The notes beneath the pieces are model-generated. The model was not told the DNA's origin, did not search any database, and saw nothing but the letters and a program-made list of their open reading frames with translations. A program made the translations under genes and the position numbers. This document shows positions 1 through 11,284 of a stretch of 44,718 nt of DNA, piece by piece; position 1 is the first letter of the stretch, and every line of letters begins with the position of its first letter. The DNA is taken from assembly GCA_000320545.1 (NCBI GenBank), contig ADNK01000196.1:1-44718 (forward strand), written 5' to 3'. The DNA is from Bigelowiella natans CCMP2755. Its lineage: Eukaryota > Protista > Cercozoa.

Positions 1-46
<46 letters not shown>

Positions 47-76
47 GTATATACATGTGTGCGTGTGTGTGTGTGT
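1..76. repeat. (TA)n then (TG)n microsatellite in an intron; typical of dozens of TA, CA, GA, TAG, CAT and CAG runs in the window
   Basis: Directly visible perfect dinucleotide runs. Confidence 0.95.
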
Positions 77-240
77 TTAATTGAACCCAGAAATAAGTAC
101 AGTACAAAATAAGTAGAGTTGTATCAAAAGGTGTTGCATTCTGTTGACCTTTACATCTCCCAATCCCATTATTATACAGAAGTAGAGGAAAGCAAAAGAA
201 GAAAAAGGACAAAGAAGAAGAAGAAGAATATCATTTGTAG

Positions 241-1080
241 CATCATCCAGCATGGTTACCGAGACTACATTCTGGAAGAACAGCCTTATCCTCCTCCCTC
301 TTCTTCTACTACGACTACCAGTGGACAACATCACCATATTATGGCATTGTTGAAGGCTGCTCATGAGCATCTTCAGCGTAATGAGGCAGGGGAGGCTCTT
401 GAGAAGTATCTAAGGGCGATTGATACATGTTCTAAGGTAGTAGGTTATCTATCATACATAAAGTCGTCGTAGTCGTTTTGTGTGAAGGGAAAAGGAAAGG
501 TTGGTGGTAAAGATGATCGAGAATTTATTTGTTGATCAAACATTATTAATGTCAATAAACATTTCTTTCTTCTTATTCTCCCCTGCTTTGAGATCTAATA
601 GTTTGTTTCATCTTTGTCTCTCGTTTTTCCCAATCTGCATTTTCTGTTTCTCTCCTTTTAATTTCTTGTTTATCAGCATTATATCTGCAAACATTCCCAT
701 TCAACACCATAATTAGGAGGGCCTTGGTGCGAGGCATGCGATGAGAACACGAGCACATAGCGGAGCTGCACACGCCTCCATTGAATTGAGCCGATGGGAA
801 TCTGCGGCGACACATCTACAGCAAAGCGTTGCAGGGTTTTGCTGCATACTCGTGATTAGAAAGAGAGGAGAAGAAGAGAAGGAGAGAAGGAGGAGAGAGG
901 GTAGAGTAAGGAGGGCAGAAAAGGGACTGTATGGTTGCTAATTCGTTCGAATCCTCCTTTCCTCCTATTCCTTCTGCAGTTCCAATTATTATTCTTTTGT
1001 ATCTGGAGCAGATTTGAAATAGCATACCCAGATGCACACCCTGTAAAGGCCGTGGAAATTCTAATGTGTGCAAAGGTAGA

Positions 1081-1113
<33 letters not shown>

Positions 1114-1161
1114 GTGGCTTAGGTGGATTAACCACTGCATTCAAATATTATAAATAAACGT

Positions 1162-1202
<41 letters not shown>

Positions 1203-1575
1203 GCACGTACGTACTCTGCTCTGGCTCACAAATGTAGGTTCTTTGGTTCAAAAAAGATGTTAATTCTGCTTTACAACATTTTCGAAGGGCTTTCAAGCTC
1301 CTAGAGGTCCTCTGCTGCTGAACATGTTTAAATGATGATGAGTTCTTCGCATGAATAATTGTGAACATTGGATAAGTTAACATACCCCTACCATGACGAT
1401 GACGGCATGATTGGATCATCTTACTCCTTTAAATAAAATCTAGATCACCCATGGCCCAACTCACACGTTAACTAAGGAGTGCATAATGAAGGAAAGAGAA
1501 GCTTCTGCGGAGTTCGCAGAGATCAAAAGGCAGAAACAAAATTCTTATTCTGTAGACTGTGATGAGAGGGAATGA
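241..1575 (+). CDS. SMYD-family (SET and MYND) lysine methyltransferase, C-terminal TPR-like region; 5'-partial, spliced
   Basis: GT-AG exons at about 241-436, 717-835, 1011-1074, 1238-1306 and 1444-1575 join in frame: ...RWESAATHLQQSVAGFEIAYPDAHPVKAVEILMCAKVLWFKKDVNSALQHFRRAFKLLEITHGPTHTLTKE...*. This matches the SMYD C-terminal pattern (Y/F-P-xx-HP...A+.I+.VTHG..H.L). The SET domain lies upstream of the window. Confidence 0.8.
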
Positions 1576-2080
1576 GAGAGGCCACACCGTTCGCTACATA
1601 ATTTTGCATGACAACAATGCGCCATGCAGTGATCGCCACAACAAATGGATCATGATGCGTACGCAAAGCAACTGTGGCGTGCCCAACGACAACACACGAC
1701 TAGAGGCGTAGCTATGCTAGATGGTAGGGTCGGCATGCTTCTCTCCATCATTCCGCTTTTGTTTCAAAGCATCGCATCAGCAGAGCTAGAGAGCACTATG
1801 TGTGGCTCAAACTAGCAAACAAGCACAAGCTAGCAAGGAATGACAGGGATTTGAGTGCTGACAACAACTCACATGACATAGTATAAATGTGCCATGTACA
1901 ATCGATATGAACAAGTGACTCGCTTGCATTTGCATTGCTGGATTGGAAATGTCAGCATCTCTGCAGAAAGACCAAGAAAAATTTATCCGGCATTCAATTG
2001 AAAGCCGTGTGCATTTCCATGGCAGCTCTGCATCAATGGACGAGGCGACGCACGCATAATCTCTACGCACTGTTGCATGA

Positions 2081-3121
2081 TTATTTGTTCTTCTTCCCAC
2101 CTCCAGAAGTAGGAGTAGTAGTAGTGGTAGTAGTAATAGTTTGTGCCCTAACCCTGAGCTTCGACAAAAAAAGCGGAAAACCAACAGGCGGCAACATCAG
2201 AGTCAACATGCACAACCACATTCTTTTTTGCTTGTCTTGGCGGTAGACTAAAACTGCAAATGTTACTGCAGCAAATATGTAGTCCAGAGAAGCTCCAAGA
2301 AAATTGTAATGGTATTGCTCCGTCTGGTTTGAAGTGAGAGATGCAAAGAAAGAACTTCTGTCAGGTTGTCCAGTCAGAAGTGACTCCGCGAAGAATGCTG
2401 CCACAAAAATTCCATTTAGAATAGCTAGCCCTGTGTAACCAGTGCCAGGATCTGTGAAGCCGAAATTTATCCAAAATGGAGGCAATTGTCCTCTGTACTT
2501 GTACAGAATCAACGGCAGCATTGCGAACCCCGCCCAAACGATTGTTCCCCAATCGAATACGGTTGAATTAGGCCCAGGAGGATATTTGTATTCTTGCTCG
2601 CACGTTGTCATGAGGGAAGTGTGACTAAGAACAAACCATCCAAAGTTGACAAACAGAGTGGTGTATGTGTCAAAGTCTGCATCATCCATTACAGTTGCGA
2701 CGCCATCGGTATGATGATATTCGTCATTTTTGCTCCACGGGGCGAACAAATCGGAATCTCCCGTGGTCATAAATTGAACTGGAATCGCAATTCCAACAGC
2801 CAAATATCCAACTGAGAAGTGTAACACCCTACGCAACAGTGCTTGCCCTCTTCTGTTTGAGTATGCAAGAAGGCTGACAAACAAGGCCATTTGCAGATGC
2901 AGCATGAAGTAGGACTTTGTTAAGATTGGATCCTTGCAAGTAGAACTTACAACGCCAGGGTAGAAGAAGAGACCGACATTGTGTGCAAGCCCCTGCACCT
3001 CGTGACTGTAGGTACTAGCCTTCCAAAGACAATATCCAGATGTACAACTTGCAGGTCCTAGGAAGAGGTAAGGAAGTCTCGATTTCCACCATGGAGCCTT
3101 TGCCTCATATTTAGTCGGCAT
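2081..3121 (-). CDS. Intronless multi-pass membrane protein (346 aa) with DUF2834-like repeats
   Basis: Uninterrupted ORF with several hydrophobic segments. The C-terminal FFASL...SLDYIFAAVTFAVLVY...WLCMLTLMLPPVGFPLFL resembles DUF2834, and a similar unit ends AVGIAIPVQF. The ORF is firm; the family call is tentative. Confidence 0.7.
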   Translation of the reverse strand: MPTKYEAKAPWWKSRLPYLFLGPASCTSGYCLWKASTYSHEVQGLAHNVGLFFYPGVVSSTCKDPILTKSYFMLHLQMALFVSLLAYSNRRGQALLRRVLHFSVGYLAVGIAIPVQFMTTGDSDLFAPWSKNDEYHHTDGVATVMDDADFDTYTTLFVNFGWFVLSHTSLMTTCEQEYKYPPGPNSTVFDWGTIVWAGFAMLPLILYKYRGQLPPFWINFGFTDPGTGYTGLAILNGIFVAAFFAESLLTGQPDRSSFFASLTSNQTEQYHYNFLGASLDYIFAAVTFAVLVYRQDKQKRMWLCMLTLMLPPVGFPLFLSKLRVRAQTITTTTTTTPTSGGGKKNK

Positions 3122-3179
3122 TTCTCCTGTTATGTTGGCAGTGTCCTCCCCCCCTTGAGCAACGTCCGACCGACTCCCG

Positions 3180-4729
3180 AAAACACGACAATTACAAAGA
3201 CGATCAAGGCAAGAAGGTAGGCCGATTTTTAATTTGATCCCTGTTTCTTAAGGCGACATGTGAAAGGCTATATCTCTCGTCAGCTGAACCATTTGCTTCA
3301 ACGACTACGACAATAAAATGTACTCGTTTTCTGGGAGAAATCCTAGGAAATCCAAGTAGATCTATGCGCTTCAGATTCTTCTCGTTAGTGAGAGCACCGC
3401 ATCATTTCAAAATAATTGGCATTTTATTGAGTAAAGGGTATCTATGTCGGTGTCGTAAGCATTGAATTTGGGCACTTTGTGCCCTTACCCCATCTCTATT
3501 GGTTGACGACACAAGGAAAAAATTGGAGGAAATAACGTGTGTAGGAGATAGACCTGCTGGCAGCGACAAAGTTCTCCTTTCCAAGGAGAATCCAGGCAGT
3601 TGAAAGCGGGTAAATTACATTTAAACATTAAAATGTAATGTAATATGTACTAACGACAATAATAATGATGAGCTGATGTTTCGAATTAAGCGGTGTTACT
3701 GAAGTTGTGACACTCATTCTCTCTCCTTTCCTTCTCTTTCTCTCCACAGTCCTCTTTTCAGACCAGCATTTTGAGGAAATGTATTCAGACTTGAATAAAT
3801 ATATTCTGGGTTTGAATAATCTATAATATTTTAAAAACTATCAATATATAATTGTCGTTATAGTAATTATACAGCTACCGAGATTTTTGTGAATAAATAT
3901 CAGATAACAATAGGATGAAAATAGAGTTGATTCACAGTTTTATGAGGATACTCTTAAGCGCTTTTATCATATGTTTCTTTCATGATATGAAAGTTTGAAC
4001 AAATATTTTAAAGTATTGCCATTAACACAAGGATTCTTAGGCTGAAAAATATGGAGCTTGCTCTGTCGGCGTTTTGGAGTTTGAAAACAACGCATGTACA
4101 CCTTTTCTAAGGAAAATGACATATTATTTTGAAGTATGCGTGGAAAACCGGAGGTATGCAGGATTTAGATTCAGATTTGGAATCGCTCATTATTGTGGAA
4201 GAATCTAATATTTTAGGTGGACAATTTAAGGGATTTTTCCCAATTTAGGTGTATTAATCGTTGCTAATCAATGTATTCATAGATTTGTATGCAACGAAAA
4301 TCTTATTTGGATGCCTGTCTGAAAGGGTTTTTTTTAATACTTGAAGGCGCAAAACTAAGATTATTCATCCCTTAACCCAATTTTTTCAATACTAGGCTTC
4401 TATGTCAATGTTGTTTTAATTACATGTTGTCGCATAATAAAATCTCTATCTATCTGAGTTTCAAATTGCAACTTGATTGTCTGAAAGAAGTATAGACGAG
4501 GAGGGGCTCTCATCTTCGAACGTATAACCCAAGGCCAAAGTAAACAACTGAAGGAAGGGGGGGAACGAAGGCTTTGAAAACAATCACACTTAACATTTTT
4601 TTAGGGTAGGAGACGAAAGCTACCCTCCGTCTTCCTACTAGGCTTACGACAGGATCCAGGGACGCTGAGAGTCCCTCCTTTGCTGGCTGAATTCCCTTCA
4701 GAATATCCGATTGACAGAAAGCTACTAAG
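3180..4729 (+). other. Putative multi-exon non-coding 5' leader or lncRNA upstream of the zinc-finger gene
   Basis: Series of plausible plus-strand donor/acceptor pairs (AAG|gtaggc...cttaag at ~3217-3252; AAT|gtactc...cttcag at ~3320-3374; CGG|gtaaat...ccacag at ~3610-3749) with no sustained ORF. Confidence 0.3.
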
Positions 4730-6249
4730 ATGAGCGGACGGCCTGTCCCTCCTTTAAAAACAGGAGTGATTCTTGATACTGAAGGGAAGGTGTTGCCGTC
4801 TCCAGACGCTGCAAACATTCTCATGTCTTTAAAGTTCCCTTCAAACAAAAATGGGAAGAAAGCTAACAGCAACGGTGTAAAAAAGGAGGGGGGGATCTTA
4901 GTTGATCAACAAAAAAACAAGGTAAAAATATTTCGGCGTCTTTAATTAATCAGTACTTAGCGTAGTTTTTCGTGGGCAGTATATTTTAAAGAAAATAATG
5001 ATATCAAATGCCTGTCTTGTAAATACTTGATCGACAGGTCATTAAACCGCCTGTCCCACGGCAAGTGTGCTCTCGTATAAAGGGGATTTCAAAGGAATCG
5101 TTCCAGAGAGAGGAACAACGATTGCAAGTATTATCTGACAAGGAACGAAATAGTGGGAAAATGAGAAAGCCTGCTCAACAGGATGGCAAGGCTCGAGTGA
5201 GAGATTACAATGCATCAAATGGAGGATTGGTGCATCCAATCCAGCAACAGCAACAGCAACAGCAACAACAACAGCAACAGCAAACAGGCCTGCGTGAGAA
5301 GCAATTTTACAACACTCCTCCTACCCAGACGCAATTTGCTGTTGATAGTTCTGAACCCCTATTTAAGAGAAGATTGCAGCCCCACTACTCCAGCAATAGT
5401 AGTGGTCAAAATAATCAACAAATATCTCCACCTGTACCCCCGCCGCCACCTCCAACAGGAAGTTCTGCCAGCAACGAGCAAGATCATAGTGTTGCAGCCC
5501 CAGTTCCAATGCCGGTTGGTTATTATCGTCAACCCAGCTTGGCCCAGTCGACGATCCCAAGTGCGCAGTATACTGCTAGTATGAAGCAACAGCAGCAGCA
5601 GAATTGCCCATCATCATTATCTCATAGACAGCGAGGAGTAGGTGCTATCACTACCAAAAGTAATAGCAGCTTTGGCTCCTCAAAATCCCCTGAGGGCATC
5701 CTCATAAGAGATGATCAATCGCGCCAACTCTTAAGCATACCGGAGCAGTCTCCACCTGAACGGCCCCACTCAGCTCCGAGTAGCGACCAGCTGCGAGTCA
5801 TGGAGTTAAATGCTTTTATGGAGTACAAGCAACAAGAAGGGGAACGTCAAATGAAGGGTAGTAGTAGCCAATATCAGCAGCAACAGCAGCAGCAATATTA
5901 TCAGGCGCAGCCGCAGACAATAGCCCAACAATATACGACCTCCTCCCATGGTGGACAAGGATTAATTAGGTCAAGGTCCCCCCCTGCTGCTTCTATCATA
6001 GGCACAGATGCTGCTGCCAACCCCTTTAAGAACTATTTAACGCCGACAATACCCACTGCTGGTGCTTCTAACTACCCTTACGGTAGTCTCGCAGCAGCAG
6101 CAGCAGCAAGCAGTCATCAGATGGGCCAGAGAATGACGACTATGCCGAGTGGGAGTGGTGGTCCAAATCAAATCTACGAAGCAGCTAGTGGTGTCAGTGG
6201 CCACTCTGCTGCTAATACTACCGCTGCTGCTGTAATGATGCCACAGATG

Positions 6250-6287
<38 letters not shown>

Positions 6288-7519
6288 TGGGCAGCGGCGT
6301 CTGCAGCAACAGAACGATTGGCAGCAAGCACCACCACCTCCAAAGAGAGCTAGAATCATGACGATGAACCAACAGTTTACTGCTTCTGTTGCTACTTCAA
6401 GAGGTGGACAGAAACGTAGAGGTGGTGGCACAAAAAAAGGACCACGTGAGGCCAAAGCCCAGATTTGCAACCAATGCGGAAAAACTTTCAGCACGGGTGG
6501 CAACCTTTCGAGGCATATGCTTACCCATAGTGACGAGCGCCCCTTCTCTTGTGGAATTTGCTTCAAAAGTTTCCGCCAGCGCGTGCACCTCAAGAAACAC
6601 ATTCGCTTGCACACAGGAGAGAAGCCTTATTCCTGCCCCCATTGTAATAATTACAATAAGAATAATAATAATTATATGTTGCCGTGTAAATGTCATCGTC
6701 GTCATCATTATTATCCTCATCCTCCTCCACCATATAAGTGCACGTACTTATCCTTCTATTTGTGGTATGTGTATTATATTTTTAGGTCCGAAGAGCTTCA
6801 CGCAAAAATCAACACTCACGGGACATATCCGAACAAAGCACACCGGGGAAACGCCTTACCACTGCCCTGATTGTGACAGAAGATTCCCGACACGGAATCA
6901 CCTACGAGCGCACAAAAATAAATGTCAGCCAGCACAGAATAATCGTGGAACAACTACTGCCACCAGGAGCGCCACCGGGATTCTCCGCCATCATTCTGCA
7001 ACCAATCCCTCTTCTACAACTTCTTCAACCACTGCTGCTGCTGCTGCTGCTGCTGTTACTTCTACTGCCCAAACAGATCGAAACGGCACTTTTCCAACGA
7101 CAATAATTCAAGCATCACCTACCGCAGCTAACCCTTCACCTGCACCCCCTGCTACCTCAAGAATATCATCATCGACTGGACGCCAACAAGCTGCCGCTGC
7201 TACTACTACAATTCCCATGAACAACAACATAACTACTGGTATGATGTACACCCATACTACAAATGGAAACTATCATCATCAGCATCAGCAGCAGCAACAA
7301 CATATTCAGCCGCCCAGCTATACCACAGTAGCAGCTATAAATGGGGGAGTTAGAAGAGGAGGTCCAACCATTGTCACAACTGTTTCTCAGCAGCAGCAGC
7401 AGCAGCAGATTCAGCAACCACTACTACCCTCATCATCGTCATCCTCTCTACAACTTCCACCACCACCTCCTCCTCCTCCTCCTCCTCCTCCTCCACCAGC
7501 TGCTTCTGCTGCGCTGTAG
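4730..7519 (+). CDS. C2H2 zinc-finger transcription factor (4 Kruppel-type fingers) with Q/A/P-rich low-complexity regions; 3 exons
   Basis: Exons 4730-4921, 5038-6643 and 6786-7519 splice in frame. Fingers: [64 protein letters not shown] and [21 protein letters not shown], with (S/T)(D/G)E(R/K/T)P(F/Y) linkers. Confidence 0.9.
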
Positions 7520-9098
7520 CGGTAGAAATGCCCCAACCCCACACCACCACTCCTGATTAGTATTAGGACTAGCAGTATTTGAATTATAATTGTTTTTTGG
7601 GAGATAGATATCATCATCATCATCTCTAATTGTAGAATAGAAATGTCAAAGCATCAATATTGTCGCACACCGAGTAGTAGTAGTTCATAGCATAGCTGCT
7701 GCCTCTATTTCAATGGTCGTCGAGGATGATGATGGGTCTTTGACGATTATACATACATACGTACGTACGTACGTACATACATGAACAAGCAAGTAATCAT
7801 TCAAGTGATCGTCAAGTGTTAGTCAAGTGATAATTTTAGATATGTAAACAAACTATGAAAGCTGCATTATTCACCATGGTGCAGGATGCTCAAGTAGTAG
7901 CTATATAGTACCAGCAGCAGAGAGGTTCATTGTATGGTGTAATTGTTGTTTGTTTTTGAATATACATCGTCTATATTCTTTTGATTCTGCAGCTACTTCA
8001 CATAAAGACAAACATATGCCTTTTTGCTTTTAGGATCCAACAAGTTATGAGTAGACAGAAACCTCTTTTAAAAATTTCACGAGACCCGCCATCCATTACC
8101 GAGCATCACATCACAAATTGAGTTCCTTAAATTTTTAATACCTGGACTATTTTGATTAATTTAAGACGATTTCTTGCAACACGTACAGGTGAGTGGAAGA
8201 GTATGTGAGATGTAATGAGTAGAATCTATATGTATCACCATTCTTTGTCTATTGCATTAATATCGACTTGCTGTAACAGCCTCGATTCACATGTATCTAG
8301 TATGACACATGTTACGAGCGCATTGATAGCGCTATCGGAGAGCCGCACCTACTACTCCTGCCTGTTGTAGTTGAGACCGATGTTCTACCTGCTTGCCACA
8401 TTTCAGCATGCAGACACAATCTAGCAATGAACACAGTGTGCACCATGCTAGCATATGAGACGGATGCAATGAATTGATTAAATCTTTTCAATGGTCATCA
8501 TGATGTACGTAGCTGTGCACACCTGCCAGACTCAGCTAGGGGGTCTGTTGTTGTGGTGACACTGAACTTTGTCTGGCCACTGCAATTTTGCTCGGATTTT
8601 CATTTTTTTGGCAGCGATCATGCGTGGTCCAGTCACGCGCTCAATGCACGCGTCTCTAGGTACGGTCTCTATGTGGTCTAGACGCACGAGCGAGACTGCG
8701 CATGATGCCAATGCAATCCATCGACTGCATGCACGGCCTACGATGATGCTGTGCTAGCATAGCTGTGCTTTGGTGCATGCGCATATCTAGATGTGCGTAT
8801 GCGCATGTGGGGCGTGTCGATTGCATGTTGGGGACGCAGCCGTCCGTCAGCACTGCTAGCTAGCATGTATACGTTGTGCGTGCACATGTCTAGCATAGAT
8901 CTAGAGATCTAGAGATGTATGTGCCATGATGATCATGGGACCATGTGCATGACTGTGATCTAGATGGCATGCATGCACGTGCATGCCACTGCAACGAGCA
9001 AGAAAAAATGCCTTGTTTTTCAATTTGTATTGGCTTCATGTGAGGCATCACAATGATACGCACAATGACGTGACGATGCAATGAATGCATGAGCATGT

Positions 9099-9148
<50 letters not shown>

Positions 9149-9214
9149 CACACACACACACACCACTGCAGCATGCAGCATTTTAGTAGTAGCAGCAGAT
9201 TTCTCTTACTAATG

Positions 9215-11284
9215 TTAATCGATGTCCTGAGTCCGAGGCATGTCATTCGCACTACTACCCCCTCCAAAAGGGTTGCCTCCTCCTCCTCCTCCTCCTCCTC
9301 CTCCTCCTCCTCCTCCTCCACCACCACCACCAAATGGCATTCCCCCTGGCATTCCCCCTGGCATTCCCCCTGGCATTCCCCCTGGCATTCCCCCTGGCAT
9401 TCCCCCTCTACCTCTTCCTGCCTTTGCTTGCATTTTCGCCATCAAATTTATAATTTCAGGATCTGTTAAAAATTTCAAGTTCATACCTCCAAAGTAATAC
9501 AATGCAAGTGAAAAGTATTAACCATGAGTAATCTCACACTTGATTATTAATCCATTCTCCTAGTTCTCATCTTCACCACCACCACCACCAAGGCAGAAGC
9601 ACCATCGACTTTTTAGTCACCTGTTGGCATCTTTCCCTTTTGCATGTCCATCATTGCCTGTTGTAACTTTGCTAACGTAGCTGGATTTTGCATAGCTTGC
9701 ATCAGTTCGGGGTCCTGCATAAGCTGCTGTGCCATCCCATCCATACCCCCCCCACCCCCTGGCATTCCCCCTCCTCCTCCTGGCATTCCTCCTGGCATTC
9801 CCCCTCCATAACCTCCTCCTGGCATTCCCCCTCCATAACCTCCTCCTGGCATTCCTCCTCCATAACCTCCTCCACCGCTCCCATAGTCTCCACCACTTTC
9901 AAATATCTTTCGCTTCCGTTCTTCATGTTCTTTTTGTCTTTTTTTCTTCTCCCATTTCTTCACTTTCGCCATGTGTGCTTCATTCGCTGAGTCTCTCTCT
10001 TGTTCGTAGCGTTTTCTGTGATCTTCAACTTTCTTGTTACGCCAAACGCGTGCTCTAGCATATTTCTCATCTTCACCAGTAATCGGGTCATAATCAATTC
10101 TCTGCCCATTTAACAGGTACTGAATTGCACCTGTGTAATTTCCCAACATATTGTATGCTTTGCCAATAACCTTGAATGCCTTTGCGTTGTCCTCCGATAT
10201 CTTGAACGCCTTCTTCGCAACTAAAATGGCGGAGTTTGGACGTTTTTGATCAAGGAGCACTCTAGCGATCTCTGCCAACACAGAAGCCGTAGGGTATTGC
10301 CTCGCAGATTCACGATATTTCTCAATCGCTTCATCAAGCTTACCATCTTTATAAAGTGTCTTAGCTTCTTGTTTTAGATTATTTCCTGCTTGCATCCGAT
10401 CATCATTGAGATTGGTTGGTACTATTTCAGGAAGATCTTCAAATTCTCCAATTCGTACTTTATCTGGATTCTTCATAGCGTCTGGATCTTCTTCAATTTC
10501 AATGGGAACATAGTCGGGGTATATAAATTCTCCAGGATCCTCCATTATTACCTGTCATTTAAGGTAATATTTCCATGGTTTTATTATCTTTTACCAATAA
10601 TATTAATGCCATTAGGTTAGAGGAGAGAAATGGATATATTAGATGGAAACAGGCCAAAAATAGCACACGAATATAAACCACTACCGAAAAGCAAAGACAT
10701 TTTCCAAAATTGCTGCTACTACTGGTACTACTACCATTACCACAAGCACTATCACTGCTCCTACTTACCTACCTCTTCACCATCATGGCCTCCTACATTG
10801 GCTACCACTAGCACTACTACCACTGCTCCTACCTACCTACCTACCTACCTACCTCTTCACTATCATCGCTTACATTGATGAACAGACCCTAACCCGTGTA
10901 ACCCTACTACCTCTTCACCATCATGGCCTACATTGGCGAACTGGTGTCCTGTTCCATCGTCGAAAATTTGTTTCTTTTCCCCCACTTTCTCCTATAGATG
11001 ATGATGAAGATGATGATGATGATTATGATGATGATGATGATGACAAACGCAGATAATGGTGATAGAAAGAAGTGTATAATAATAATAACCCAAGCAGCTT
11101 CTATAACCTTGTTGTCGTCCTCAGAGCGTAGGGTAGGTGCCATATGGGTTATAAATAGTTTGAAGAACTTAAACTCTGGTTTTTGAAGGAGGGATGGATC
11201 TCTTTGCACTTCAAGACAGCAATGCTCGAGGATCTTTATTTGTTCTGGCGTTATACTACTACTACCCCCACCTTCTCCTTCCAT
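9215..11284 (-). CDS. ST13: Hsc70-interacting protein Hip: HipN dimerisation domain, TPR, GGMP repeats, STI1/DP domain; 4 exons
   Basis: Exons 11284-11108, 10991-10911, 10551-9621 and 9462-9215 join in frame. Motifs: QRDPSLLQKPEFKFFKLFI (HipN), TPR ...QKRPNSAI...GQRIDYD, GGMP repeats, and LMQDPELMQAMQNP...DPEIINLMAKM (STI1). Confidence 0.92.
9336..9407 (-). repeat. Coding 12-bp tandem repeat (GGMP)x6; a second block of 27-bp units (GGGYGGGMP) lies at ~9760-9875
   Basis: ggcattccccct repeated in tandem on the plus strand. Confidence 0.9.

Noticed and set aside
900-960. GTTCGAATCC (tRNA T-loop/B-box-like) at ~944
   Set aside because: No T-stem, A-box or cloverleaf; it lies inside a SMYD intron.
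3665-3702. ATGATGA...CTGA box C/D-like pair
   Set aside because: Only ~38 nt with no terminal stem, and ATGATGA is ubiquitous here because of (ATG)n runs.
5210-9500. Many antisense or alternate-frame ORFs with poly-C/L/M/V/H runs (e.g. 6037-6372, 8890-9333, 9089-9469)
   Set aside because: Translations of microsatellites or shadows of real CDSs.
10886-10906. CCCTAA telomere-like motifs (also ~2146)
   Set aside because: Only 1-3 degenerate units, not an array.
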